A DNA stretch of 64,000 bases. It comes from Gammaproteobacteria bacterium (lineage in GTDB: Bacteria > Pseudomonadota > Gammaproteobacteria > GCA-002705445 > GCA-002716945). Every line of letters starts with the position of its first letter. Position 1 is the first letter of the stretch. Shown here piece after piece: positions 30,453 to 40,622 of the stretch. Under the pieces are notes generated by a model. That model was not told where the DNA came from. It ran no database searches and worked only from the letters and a program-made list of their open reading frames with translations. A program made the translations under genes and the position numbers. The stretch lies in assembly GCA_016779485.1 (NCBI GenBank), contig JADHNN010000001.1, positions 159,885-223,884 of the forward strand, written 5' to 3'.

Positions 30453-32768
30453 ATGAAAAACTTAATGATAGTAGAGTCGCCGACAAAGGTTAAGAGCATT
30501 GAAAAGTTCTTAGGCCCTGATTTTAAAGTAATTGCTTCTGTTGGTCATGTCAGAGATCTCGTATCCTCGGCAAGAAAAGGAATAAATGTTGATGAAGGGT
30601 TTGCGCCTGTTTGGAAGGTATCAAGCAATAAAAAAACAGTTATAGATGATATTAAGAAACATACAAAAGATGCTGACGTAATATATTTTGCTACAGACCC
30701 TGATAGAGAAGGTGAAGCAATATCCAAGCATCTTTATGATATTCTGGATAAGGCAAAATTCCTAAAAGACAAGGAAACTCATCGTGTTGTTTTCAATGAA
30801 ATTACCAAAAATGCGGTTACAGATGCTCTAAAAAGACCGAGATCAATTTCAACATCACTATGGGACGCATATCTGGCACGAAGAACTCTAGACTATCTAA
30901 TGGGTTATGATATTTCTGAGTTTTTATGGAAAAAAGTTAGCCGTGATGCGAGAGCAGGGAGAGTTCAAAGCCCAGCTTTAAGACTTATTGTAGAGCGTGA
31001 GATTAAAATTAATGCGTTTAAGCCAGTTGAGTATTGGAACATATTTGCAAATATCTCAAATAGCAAAAAAGATATCCAGATTGAATTGACTCATATAGAA
31101 AAGGAAAAAATAAAAAAAGATAATATAACAAATATAGTTAATTCGAATGAAGCGGAGAGCATAAAATCAAGAATAGAAAAATATAAAAGTATAAAAGTCA
31201 CAAATATTAAAGAAGGACAAAGGAAAACTAAACCAAAGGCTCCTTTTACGACTGCATCACTTCAACAAACAGCTTACACTAGCCTTGGATTATCAGTAAA
31301 ACAAACATCAGCTATAGCTCAAAGACTTTATCAAGGAATGGACATAGGAAAAGGTCAATCAGAAGGTTTGATTAGTTACATGAGAACAGATTCAACAAAT
31401 CTATCTAAGGATGCCCTGAAAGACATATCATCCTACTTAGATAAAAACCATCCCGGGCTTGCTGAAAAGCAACCAAGAGTATTCAAAAGCAAATCAAAGA
31501 ATGCTCAAGAAGCCCATGAGGCAATACGGCCTACATCCATGGAAAATACGCCTGATCGTGTGAAAAAATATTTAGAACAGAATGACTTTAAACTGTATGA
31601 CTTAATTTGGAAAAGGACTTTAGCATCGCAAATGAGAGACTCTAGAAGTAAGACTGTATCTGTTGAATTATCTATGGAAAATGAATTTACCTTTAAATAC
31701 TCAGGTTCATATCTTGAGTATCCTGGATATAAAGAGATATATAGCTATAGCGATAATGATGAAACAGAAAAAGATAACAAAAAAATACTTGAGAGTTTAA
31801 AAGAAGGTGATGAGCTAATACTCAGCAATGTTGACATCGAACAAAAATTTACACAGCCTCCTGCAAGATATAATCAAGCTAGTCTCATACAAGCCTTGGA
31901 GGAACTGGGCATAGGTAGGCCATCAACATATGTAACAATAATTAACAAAATAATGGAAAGTAATTATGTTGACCCTGAGAAAAGTAATTTTCAACCGACT
32001 GCGTTAGCAAAAGTTGTTTATGAAACACTAATCAATCATTTTAAGGACGACTTAGTCGATTATGAATTCACTGCACGGCTAGAGGAGGATTTAGATAAAA
32101 TAGCTAACGGTGAAAAAGAATACATGGAATGTGTAGAAACTACATATAAGCCGTTTAAAACAAATCTAGATAATAAAATTAAGACAGTTGATATATCAGA
32201 ACAAAGGGAGTTAAAAGATTTAGGATTTCATCCTGAAACTAAGAGGCCTGTTACTGTCAGGCTTACTAGATATGGGCCCACTATACAAATGGGCACAAAA
32301 GACGATGAAGAAAAACCAAAATGGGCAGCTCTTACGCCAGAACAAAAAAAAAATATTGACTCTATTACACTTGATGATGCAATTCGTTTATTTAAATTGC
32401 CTGAAAAAATTGGAGAATTTGAACATGAAGATATACTTATAAACATTGGACCGTTTGGACCTTATGTAAAGTGTGGTAAAACAAATGTTTCCATGAAAGA
32501 TATTGACATTTTTTCTCTGTCAGAGTCGGATGCTATTGTAAAAATAAAAGAGAAGAGAGAGATAGATGCTAATAGAGAAATAAATATTTTTGAATCATCT
32601 GGAATAAAGGTCCTGAATGGTATGTATGGGCCATATGTAACTGATGGCAAAAAGAATGCTCGCATACCGAAAGACGTTGACCCTAAATCATTAGATGAAA
32701 TCACATGCATAGAAATGATTAAAAATGCCCCTAAAAGAAGAGCACGAAGAACTCGTGCTAAAAAATGA
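30453..32768 (+). CDS. topA: DNA topoisomerase I with C-terminal repeats (no zinc ribbons)
   Basis: IVESPTK, ATDPDREGE, AGRVQS, ISYMRTDS, AHEAIRPT, GIGRPSTY, GPFGPY repeats. Confidence 0.98.
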   Translation: MKNLMIVESPTKVKSIEKFLGPDFKVIASVGHVRDLVSSARKGINVDEGFAPVWKVSSNKKTVIDDIKKHTKDADVIYFATDPDREGEAISKHLYDILDKAKFLKDKETHRVVFNEITKNAVTDALKRPRSISTSLWDAYLARRTLDYLMGYDISEFLWKKVSRDARAGRVQSPALRLIVEREIKINAFKPVEYWNIFANISNSKKDIQIELTHIEKEKIKKDNITNIVNSNEAESIKSRIEKYKSIKVTNIKEGQRKTKPKAPFTTASLQQTAYTSLGLSVKQTSAIAQRLYQGMDIGKGQSEGLISYMRTDSTNLSKDALKDISSYLDKNHPGLAEKQPRVFKSKSKNAQEAHEAIRPTSMENTPDRVKKYLEQNDFKLYDLIWKRTLASQMRDSRSKTVSVELSMENEFTFKYSGSYLEYPGYKEIYSYSDNDETEKDNKKILESLKEGDELILSNVDIEQKFTQPPARYNQASLIQALEELGIGRPSTYVTIINKIMESNYVDPEKSNFQPTALAKVVYETLINHFKDDLVDYEFTARLEEDLDKIANGEKEYMECVETTYKPFKTNLDNKIKTVDISEQRELKDLGFHPETKRPVTVRLTRYGPTIQMGTKDDEEKPKWAALTPEQKKNIDSITLDDAIRLFKLPEKIGEFEHEDILINIGPFGPYVKCGKTNVSMKDIDIFSLSESDAIVKIKEKREIDANREINIFESSGIKVLNGMYGPYVTDGKKNARIPKDVDPKSLDEITCIEMIKNAPKRRARRTRAKK

Positions 32769-33310
32769 TTCCAAAAGTTAATACCACAGATGCATCTGTT
32801 ATTATAAAAAATGGCGGTGTAGTAATATATCCAACAGAGGGAATATATGGAATTGGTTGTGACCCTTATAATAAGCATAGCGTAGAAAAGATATTCCAGC
32901 TAAAGGGTAGAGATTATGACAAACGATTTATACTAATAAGTTCTCAAGCAGAATTCTTGACTGATATTATTGATATTGATATAGCTCACGATGAGAGACT
33001 AAAAAGTAAAGACTTTATGACATGGATAGTTCCGGCTAATAATAGCTGCCCCTCATGGTTGAAAAGTGATACTGGTGTAGCAGTTAGAATAACTCAACAC
33101 TCTGTAGTAAAAGATCTTTGTAACAAGCTAGGAGGTCCTATTATTTCGACGAGTGCTAACTACTCGAATCAAGAATATATAAATGACATTAGTATAATTG
33201 AAAAATTGTTTGATGGAAAAGTAAGTTGTATTGTTAATGGTAAACTAGGTAATAAGAAAAAGCCGTCCACTGTCAGAAATATAATTACAAACGAAGTATT
33301 GAGAAGATAA
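32765..33310 (+). CDS. tsaC: Threonylcarbamoyl-AMP synthase
   Basis: YPTEGIYGIGC, LKGR, STSAN, KPS. Confidence 0.92.
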   Translation: MIPKVNTTDASVIIKNGGVVIYPTEGIYGIGCDPYNKHSVEKIFQLKGRDYDKRFILISSQAEFLTDIIDIDIAHDERLKSKDFMTWIVPANNSCPSWLKSDTGVAVRITQHSVVKDLCNKLGGPIISTSANYSNQEYINDISIIEKLFDGKVSCIVNGKLGNKKKPSTVRNIITNEVLRR

Positions 33311-33311
33311 A

Positions 33312-34196
33312 ATGAACACAAAAGAAATAAAAATATTATATACAAGGACTCAAAATGAAATCATCAATCGGCTTATTGATCTTGATGAAACTAGCAAGAA
33401 ACATATTATTAGATGGAAGCATAAGCAAGGCGGTGGCGGAAGAAGCTGTGAAATAGTAGGTAAAAGGTATATAGAAAAAGCCGCTGTTAATTTTTCAAGT
33501 ATTACCGGTAAAGAATTACCAACAAGCGCATTAGAAAAGACAGGCATAAAAGGTTTGAAAAGTTTTAATGCTACAGGTGTGTCAGTAATTGTTCATCCTT
33601 GGAATCCTAAAATCCCATGCTCACACATGAATATAAGATTTTTTGAAGCAAATATAGGCTCTAAAAATATTTGGTGGTTTGGTGGAGGATTTGATTTAAC
33701 TCCATACTTTATAACAGAAAAAGATATATTGTTCTGGAAGAGCTCTGCAAAAGCATTATGTGATAAATTCAATATAAACTCTTATAAAGAATATAGCAGC
33801 ACATGTAATAATTATTTTTACTTGCCCCACAGGGATGAACCCAGAGGTATAGGAGGAATTTTCTATGATCAGCTCAATAAGCTTGATTATACAAAATGTA
33901 AAGATTTTTCTTTGGAGTGTGCTAAAACATTTATTGATTCATACTCGACTATCTTTAATAAGAAAAAGCTCTTAAAATTTACAAAAAAAGAAAGATCGTT
34001 CCAACTTTATAGAAGAGGGAGATACGTTGAATTTAATTTACTTTATGATAGGGGTACATTATTTGGGTTACAGTCCGGAGGTAGACCAGAATCAATATTA
34101 ATGTCTATGCCACCATTAGTATCTTGGAACAAAGATTATGATTTTAAAGATTATGAGAATAAATTATTAAAAATGTTTAAACTAGCTAGAAAGTAA
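33312..34196 (+). CDS. hemF: Oxygen-dependent coproporphyrinogen III oxidase
   Basis: VHPWNPKIPCSHMN, WWFGGGFDLTP, GIGGIFYD, RRGRYVEFNL. Confidence 0.97.
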   Translation: MNTKEIKILYTRTQNEIINRLIDLDETSKKHIIRWKHKQGGGGRSCEIVGKRYIEKAAVNFSSITGKELPTSALEKTGIKGLKSFNATGVSVIVHPWNPKIPCSHMNIRFFEANIGSKNIWWFGGGFDLTPYFITEKDILFWKSSAKALCDKFNINSYKEYSSTCNNYFYLPHRDEPRGIGGIFYDQLNKLDYTKCKDFSLECAKTFIDSYSTIFNKKKLLKFTKKERSFQLYRRGRYVEFNLLYDRGTLFGLQSGGRPESILMSMPPLVSWNKDYDFKDYENKLLKMFKLARK

Positions 34197-34658
34197 ACTG
34201 TCTACTAGCTTTATGTTTTTTTCTTTTTCGTCTTCTTTTAAATTAACAACTGCAGTAGTAAGTCGTGATACGCAATTCATCTTCCCTGCTTCATTGAATA
34301 TTTCAATATTCCAAACATGTACAGACTTGCCGAGTGCAACCGCTTTAGTAATGCCTGTAACAATACCTGACCTAACAGGCCTAATATGATTTGCGTTGAT
34401 TTCTAGACCAACAGCTTTTTGTTTTTTCATATCAATACATAGATTTGAAGCGATACTTCCCAATGCTTCTGCTAGAACACAAGATGCGCCTCCATGTAAT
34501 ACACCTCTAGATTGACATGTAAAGTCTTCAACAGGCATAGTTGCTGTTATCGAGTCATCAGTAATTTCTGTAAACTTTATGCCTAAATGTTTATTTAAAT
34601 TGTTATCTCTTAGAGCAATTACGTGCTCAAGTGTGTAGTTTTCATGCCAAATTCTCAT
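34182..34658 (-). CDS. Hotdog-fold thioesterase (PaaI/YdiI/MenI family)
   Basis: LHGGASCVLAEALGS, GLEINANH. Confidence 0.9.
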   Translation of the reverse strand: MRIWHENYTLEHVIALRDNNLNKHLGIKFTEITDDSITATMPVEDFTCQSRGVLHGGASCVLAEALGSIASNLCIDMKKQKAVGLEINANHIRPVRSGIVTGITKAVALGKSVHVWNIEIFNEAGKMNCVSRLTTAVVNLKEDEKEKNIKLVDSLLSS

Positions 34659-34712
34659 CTAAGACCCTCATATGTTAAAACTTGATAGATTAATATATCA
34701 TCTTCTCTTAAA

Positions 34713-35729
34713 ATGAAAAAGCAAATGAAAAACATATCAAAGCAAAATTTTCCAACACTAAGAATGCGTAGACTTAGAAGTGATGCTAGTATGCGGAAGC
34801 TGATCATGGAAACCTCACTATCTCCTCATAATCTCATACAACCAATGTTTGTTATTGAAGGTAAAAATAAAACAGAAAAAATTACCTCATTACCAGGTAT
34901 TAATAGATACTCTATCGATAATCTTCTAAAAGAAGTTAGAAAAATAATGTCATTAGGAATAATTGCAATAGCGCTATTTCCAAAGATTTCAAATAAATTG
35001 AAAACAGAGGATGGAGCTGAAGCTTTTAATGAAACGGGTCTTATTCAAGAATGTATCAAACGAATAAAAAATAAATTCCCAAATTTAATTGTAATAAGTG
35101 ACGTCGCATTGGATCCTTTTACATCACATGGACAAGATGGTGTTCTAGATAAGAGGGGATATATACTAAATGATGAAACTAATGCTATTTTACTTAAACA
35201 AGCAATTAGCCATGCAAAGGCTGGCTCAGATATCATTGCTCCGTCAGATATGATGGATGGAAGGATAAAAGTTATTAGAAATGGACTAGAAAAAAATAAA
35301 TTCTTTAATGCAAAGTTATTATCGTATTCAGCAAAGTATGCTTCTAATTACTACGGCCCATTCAGGGATGCAGTTGGATCAGCAAATTCACTAGGTAAAG
35401 CTGACAAGAAGACTTATCAAATGGATTACTCTAATAAAACAGAAGCTTTAAGAGAAGTTGATTTAGATCTTAGAGAAGGAGCTGATCTTGTGATGGTGAA
35501 ACCCGCGCTCCCATACTTAGATATAATATCATCTATTAAAGAATCTTATAAAATACCTGTATTTGCATATCATGTCAGCGGTGAATATTTAATGATAAAA
35601 GCTGTTGCTAAAAATAAAGCAATAAATGAACAGGCGCTTGTATTAGAAACTTTAACATCTATCAGAAGAGCTGGCGCATCATCAATCCTTACTTACTATG
35701 CTAAAGAAGTAGCACAATGGCTAAACTAA
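34713..35729 (+). CDS. hemB: Porphobilinogen synthase
   Basis: RMRRLR, DVALDPFTSHGQDG (Asp-rich, non-Zn type site), SDMMDGR, MVKP. Confidence 0.98.
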   Translation: MKKQMKNISKQNFPTLRMRRLRSDASMRKLIMETSLSPHNLIQPMFVIEGKNKTEKITSLPGINRYSIDNLLKEVRKIMSLGIIAIALFPKISNKLKTEDGAEAFNETGLIQECIKRIKNKFPNLIVISDVALDPFTSHGQDGVLDKRGYILNDETNAILLKQAISHAKAGSDIIAPSDMMDGRIKVIRNGLEKNKFFNAKLLSYSAKYASNYYGPFRDAVGSANSLGKADKKTYQMDYSNKTEALREVDLDLREGADLVMVKPALPYLDIISSIKESYKIPVFAYHVSGEYLMIKAVAKNKAINEQALVLETLTSIRRAGASSILTYYAKEVAQWLN

Positions 35730-36523
35730 AGTTTTCTGTAATAGGTAATCCGATTAAACATAGCCTGTCTCCAGAAATACATAAATATTTTGCTTCACAG
35801 TTTAACTTAAATGATTTTATATATGAAAAGATTGAAGCGACTAAAGAAAATTTTAGAAAAAATATAGAAACTTTTTTTTTAAATGGAGGTAGAGGCTTGA
35901 ATGTAACTATACCATTTAAAGTATCTGCATTCAAATTATGTCATTCATTAGATACATCGGCTATCCTTTGTGGAAGTGTCAATACACTTATAAGTGAATC
36001 AAATAAACTCAAAGGTTACAATACAGATGGAATTGGCTTTATAGATGATTTAACTCAAAAAGAAATTGAATATGGCAGGTCAAATATACTAGTCATCGGC
36101 GCCGGAGGATCTTCGATGAGTATAATAAGCTCTCTTCTTCAACAATCAACGAAATCAAACGTTGCAATTTTAAATAGAACGAAAATCAAAGCAGATAATT
36201 TAATTACATTTTTCAAAAACGATAGACTAACACTCCATGGAAGCGACACAGATTATGACTTGGTCATAAATACGACACCTATAAGTATGTCGAAAGAAGA
36301 AATAGTTCTCCCGAATGACTTAATTGATGCAAAGACAATTTGCTATGACTTATTTTATAGTAAAAAAAGAACAGCCTTTCAGTCATGGGCTTATGATAAT
36401 GGAGCAAAAATATGTTATGATGGCCTTGGGATGTTAATTCAACAAGCTAAGCACTCTTTTGTAATATGGAATGATCTTATCCCTGATGTAAACAACTTAG
36501 AAGAAAAATTAAGACAACTTTAG
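35717..36523 (+). CDS. aroE: Shikimate dehydrogenase
   Basis: GNPIKHSLSP, NVTIPFK, NTDG, GAGG, GLGMLIQQA. Confidence 0.96.
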   Translation: MAKLKFSVIGNPIKHSLSPEIHKYFASQFNLNDFIYEKIEATKENFRKNIETFFLNGGRGLNVTIPFKVSAFKLCHSLDTSAILCGSVNTLISESNKLKGYNTDGIGFIDDLTQKEIEYGRSNILVIGAGGSSMSIISSLLQQSTKSNVAILNRTKIKADNLITFFKNDRLTLHGSDTDYDLVINTTPISMSKEEIVLPNDLIDAKTICYDLFYSKKRTAFQSWAYDNGAKICYDGLGMLIQQAKHSFVIWNDLIPDVNNLEEKLRQL

Positions 36524-37036
36524 AAATTCGTTCTTTGTGTTTACATAATGCTCTGCCGAATACTTTAAAAATTTAAGTTCGGAGTTTTTTAATGGTCGTA
36601 TCTTCTTACATGGAGAGCCAATATATAGATAACCAGATTCTAGGACTTTACCTGAGGGAACTAAAGACTTTGCGCCAATAATTATATTTGATTGAATGGT
36701 TGATCCATCAAGTAATACACTACCCATTCCAATTAATACCATATCTTCAATGGTACATGCGTGAATTATACATCCATGTCCAACCGTTACATCTGCGCCA
36801 ATCCTACATTCATGCCCGGTAGAATATTCACTTTTATGTGTTACGTGGACAACGCTACCATCCTGTATATTTGTTCTGCTACCTATAGAGATGGGGTTTA
36901 TATCTCCTCTTACCACTGATTGGGGCCAAATACTTACGTCATCTGCTAATGAAACATCCCCTATTACTGTTGCTTGTTCATCGACAAACACCTGATTCCC
37001 TAGAGATGGTATGAATTCTTTGAATTTTCTTATCAT
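36509..37036 (-). CDS. Gamma carbonic anhydrase-family protein (YrdA-like)
   Basis: Hexapeptide repeats, RGD, NIQDGSVVHVTH, GHGCIIHAC. Confidence 0.92.
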   Translation of the reverse strand: MIRKFKEFIPSLGNQVFVDEQATVIGDVSLADDVSIWPQSVVRGDINPISIGSRTNIQDGSVVHVTHKSEYSTGHECRIGADVTVGHGCIIHACTIEDMVLIGMGSVLLDGSTIQSNIIIGAKSLVPSGKVLESGYLYIGSPCKKIRPLKNSELKFLKYSAEHYVNTKNEFLKLS

Positions 37037-37102
37037 AATGTATGTTTAAATAATTATGTAAAAACTATATCATAGTCAAAAAATTAAAAGTAGGAGTACA
37101 TA

Positions 37103-37651
37103 ATGAGCGAAAAAATGACAATGCGCGTAGGAGAAGCCCTTGTAGCTGGTGGACCAGCAGGAACAGCTGCTGAACCAGAAGTAATTATTGGTGAATTAGA
37201 CGGACCCTTCGGAACTGCGTTTGCAAATCTTTTAGGCGATCAGGCAAAAGGCCATTCAAAAGTACTAGCAATCATGAATACTGATATCATGGTCAAGCCA
37301 GCAACGCTGATGGTCAGTAAAGTGTCAGTAGACAATACAAGATACACCAACATTTTAATGGGAACTGTTCAGGGGGCTATTGCAAATGGTGTTTTAGATT
37401 CTGTCAGGGATGGTACTATAGATAAAAATAAAGCTAATCAACTTGGTATTATAGTCTCAGTTTGGCTCAACCCAAGTGTATCTAAAGATGACAACTTAGA
37501 TCATAAAATACTTTTTGATATTCATAGGAAAGCTACACATCAAGCTATTAAGAAAGCCATGAATAATGAACCTTCAATAGATTGGCTGTTAGAAAATCAA
37601 GATGATTTGATTCATAAGTATTACCAAATGGGTCTTGACGGAAAAATCTAA
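37103..37651 (+). CDS. fae: Formaldehyde-activating enzyme (Fae) family paralogue
   Basis: GEALV, IIG, KPATLMVSKV, QGAIANGV, KAMNNEPS; SD AGGAG. Confidence 0.85.
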   Translation: MSEKMTMRVGEALVAGGPAGTAAEPEVIIGELDGPFGTAFANLLGDQAKGHSKVLAIMNTDIMVKPATLMVSKVSVDNTRYTNILMGTVQGAIANGVLDSVRDGTIDKNKANQLGIIVSVWLNPSVSKDDNLDHKILFDIHRKATHQAIKKAMNNEPSIDWLLENQDDLIHKYYQMGLDGKI

Positions 37652-37652
37652 A

Positions 37653-38510
37653 ATGATCAATCAAATAAATAACTATTTATCATTAATGAGACTTAATAAG
37701 CCAATAGGAATTTATTTGTTGTTATGGCCAATGTTGTGGGCGTTTTTTATCGCGACAAACGGCCAACCTAATATGTTTATCATGTTTCTATTCATAGTGG
37801 GTGTTATATTGACAAGATCAGCAGGTTGTGTGATCAATGATTTTTTTGACAAAGAAATTGATTCCAAGGTGGAGAGAACAAAAGAAAGAGTAGTCGCCAA
37901 TGGTAAAGTAATTCCCAGCGAAGCTCTCATTCTTTTTCTTGGTCTCATTGCCTTATGTATTTTATTGCTACTTATGATTGGTTTAGATATTCTAATCTAT
38001 GCAATAATCTCATTTTGTTTGATAGTAGTTTATCCATTAGCAAAAAGAGTTATTAAAATACCACAACTAGTCTTAGGCATAGCATTTGGCTCTAGTATTC
38101 CAATGGTTTACATTGCTGAAATAGGCGAGGTAACTCCCTCATGCATACTGTTATATTTAGCCACAATATCATGGGCTATAGCTTACGATACCTATTATGC
38201 TATCGCGGATAAAAACGATGATTTAAAAATAGGAAATAAATCATCTGCTATTTTATTTGGTGCCAAAGATATAAGTTACCCTTTTAAGCTTCATGTCCTA
38301 ACTCTAGCCTTACTATTCATAGTTGGATTAATAAATGAGTTAGAATTATTTTTTTATATTTCTCTTCTCATTGCGCTTATGCTGTCTGTATATCAAAAAA
38401 TATTAGCTGCAAAAAGAATACCTTACCAGTGCATTTCTGCATTTGAAAATAATAATTATTTTGGATTAATAATCTTTTTTGGACTACTATTAAGCTACAT
38501 TTATGAATAA
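37653..38510 (+). CDS. ubiA: 4-hydroxybenzoate polyprenyltransferase
   Basis: MRLNKPIG, RSAGCVINDFFD, YPLAKR, YDTYYAIADKNDD; start ATG 37653. Confidence 0.96.
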   Translation: MINQINNYLSLMRLNKPIGIYLLLWPMLWAFFIATNGQPNMFIMFLFIVGVILTRSAGCVINDFFDKEIDSKVERTKERVVANGKVIPSEALILFLGLIALCILLLLMIGLDILIYAIISFCLIVVYPLAKRVIKIPQLVLGIAFGSSIPMVYIAEIGEVTPSCILLYLATISWAIAYDTYYAIADKNDDLKIGNKSSAILFGAKDISYPFKLHVLTLALLFIVGLINELELFFYISLLIALMLSVYQKILAAKRIPYQCISAFENNNYFGLIIFFGLLLSYIYE

Positions 38511-39447
38511 AGATTTAAAGAAATGGCCACTGGAAGAAATTGAGGATTTATATCGGTTACCTTTTAATGATTTAATCTTTAAAGCTCAAACCGTTCATAG
38601 GGAGCATCATGATCCAAATAAGATACAAATCTCGACATTGATGTCTATAAAGACTGGTGGCTGTCCGGAAGATTGTAAGTATTGTTCGCAAAGTATCAAA
38701 TACAATACTGATGTTGAAATAGAAAAACTCCTATCAGTTGATGAGGTTATCGACCAGGCTAAAGCTGCAAAGGCATCGGGTGCATCAAGGTTTTGCATGG
38801 GTGCAGCTTGGAGAAACTTAAATGATAGCAACCTTGAGAAAATTAAAGGCATGGTCAAAGCTGTAAAAGATCTAAAATTAGAAACTTGTCTTACTTTAGG
38901 CATGTTAAAAAAAGAACAAGCTGAATCATTGAAAGAATGTGGTTTAGATTATTATAACCATAATCTAGATAGTTCAGAGGAGTATTATAGTAAAGTAGTA
39001 TCAACAAGAACTTATCAAGATAGGTTAAATACTCTTGGGTATGTCAGAGATGCTGGAATAAAAGTATGTACGGGTGGGATATTAGGATTAGGCGAGGAAA
39101 ACATCGACAGGCTTAAACTAATAGAAGTGTTATGTAACATGGAGGAACAACCGGAATCAGTTCCTATGAATAAGCTTGTTAAAATAGATGGAACACCATA
39201 TTCAGAAAATGAAAATGTAGATAATTTTGATTTTATAAGAATCATTGCTATTTCAAGGATTACAATGCCTAAAACATTTGTTAGATTATCTGCTGGCAGA
39301 GATAGCATGAATGATGAAATGCAAGCATTGTGCTTTTTTGCTGGAGCTAATTCAATATTCTATGGTGATGAACTCCTTACAACTAAAAATTCATCAATAA
39401 ACCATGATAAAGTTCTTATGGATAAATTAAACATTAAAACTTTGTAA
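38503..39447 (+). CDS. bioB: Biotin synthase
   Basis: CPEDCKYC radical-SAM motif, YNHNLD, ESVP, RLSAGR. Confidence 0.98.
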   Translation: MNKDLKKWPLEEIEDLYRLPFNDLIFKAQTVHREHHDPNKIQISTLMSIKTGGCPEDCKYCSQSIKYNTDVEIEKLLSVDEVIDQAKAAKASGASRFCMGAAWRNLNDSNLEKIKGMVKAVKDLKLETCLTLGMLKKEQAESLKECGLDYYNHNLDSSEEYYSKVVSTRTYQDRLNTLGYVRDAGIKVCTGGILGLGEENIDRLKLIEVLCNMEEQPESVPMNKLVKIDGTPYSENENVDNFDFIRIIAISRITMPKTFVRLSAGRDSMNDEMQALCFFAGANSIFYGDELLTTKNSSINHDKVLMDKLNIKTL

Positions 39448-39449
39448 TT

Positions 39450-40622
39450 TTGTCATTATTCAAAAAGCAATTAAACAAACTAAAAGACTCTGACTATTTG
39501 CGTAAACGCATCGTTGTTGATAACCAAAACTTAGCTCAAGTAAAGGTCAAAAATAAGTTGGTTACCTCATTTGCAAGCAATGACTATCTTGGCATGTCCA
39601 AAAACTCTAATGTTATATCAACGCTTTTGAAATCAGCAAGCGACAATGGTGCTGGATCTTGCTCATCGCCACTAATTACTGGATTCTCAAAATCACATCA
39701 TTACCTTGAAAAAGAGATTGCAGAATATTTATCTACTGAAGCATGTATTGTTGTTAATAGTGGGTATATGGCAAATCTCTGTGTTCTGAATATTTTTGAT
39801 AAAGAAATAAATGTACTACAAGATAGAGAATCGCATAACTCAATAATTGAATCTTCTAAGCTTAATAAAGTACGCTTAAGAAGGTATAAGCATTTAGATA
39901 ATAGTGAGCTTGAAAAGTATCTCGACTCCAAAAATAAGAATATTATATTTAGTGAAGCTGTATTTAGTATGTCAGGCGATATTACAAATTTACGATTACA
40001 CGATAAACTAAGAAATAAATATAAGTCATTATTGTTTTTAGACGATGCGCACGGATTTGGTGTTGCTAAATGTGATAATTCTAATGCAATTATTGAAAAC
40101 TCATGCTCATCACAAAATATTGACCCCTCAGAGGTTGATGCATATATAGGAACATTTGGTAAGGCTGTAGGAACATTAGGGGCGTTCATATGTGGCAGTA
40201 AAGATATGATTGATATGATTATTCAAAAAGGTAAGCCTTATATTTATTCTACTGCATTGCCGCAATGTATAATTGACGCTACAAGAAAAAGCTTAAAGAT
40301 ACTGGCTTCAAATAAAACAATGTTCAATAAATTGCATAGAAATATCGACTATTTTAATGAAGTGTCTACGAATAGAAATATAAATACAAGCTTATCAAGT
40401 ACGCCTATCAAAACAGTTACACTTGGTAACCCAGGGTCTACGATTGCCCTCCGAGATAAGTTTTTAAAACACGGAATTTTAGTACAAGCTATAAGGTATC
40501 CAACTGTTCCGAGAAATCAGGATAAAATAAGAATTACCCTAACATCGAATCATACCAAGAAAGATATTGATAAACTATTGAATACGCTAGAGAATATACA
40601 TTGTGAAAAATTTACACAATAA
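39450..40622 (+). CDS. bioF: 8-amino-7-oxononanoate synthase (TTG start)
   Basis: FASNDYLG, SGYMAN, HNSII, DDAHGFG, TFGKA, PTVP. Confidence 0.93.
   Translation: MSLFKKQLNKLKDSDYLRKRIVVDNQNLAQVKVKNKLVTSFASNDYLGMSKNSNVISTLLKSASDNGAGSCSSPLITGFSKSHHYLEKEIAEYLSTEACIVVNSGYMANLCVLNIFDKEINVLQDRESHNSIIESSKLNKVRLRRYKHLDNSELEKYLDSKNKNIIFSEAVFSMSGDITNLRLHDKLRNKYKSLLFLDDAHGFGVAKCDNSNAIIENSCSSQNIDPSEVDAYIGTFGKAVGTLGAFICGSKDMIDMIIQKGKPYIYSTALPQCIIDATRKSLKILASNKTMFNKLHRNIDYFNEVSTNRNINTSLSSTPIKTVTLGNPGSTIALRDKFLKHGILVQAIRYPTVPRNQDKIRITLTSNHTKKDIDKLLNTLENIHCEKFTQ

Noticed and set aside
26251-32353. A10 tracts at 26251-26260 (trkH) and 32344-32353 (topA) as phase-variation sites
   Set aside because: Both frames are intact, both are housekeeping genes, and such runs are expected at about 70% AT
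37034-37051. dif-like sequence CATAATGTATGTTTAAAT
   Set aside because: It shares CATAATGTAT with E. coli dif, but the XerD arm is incomplete and mis-spaced and it overlaps a start codon
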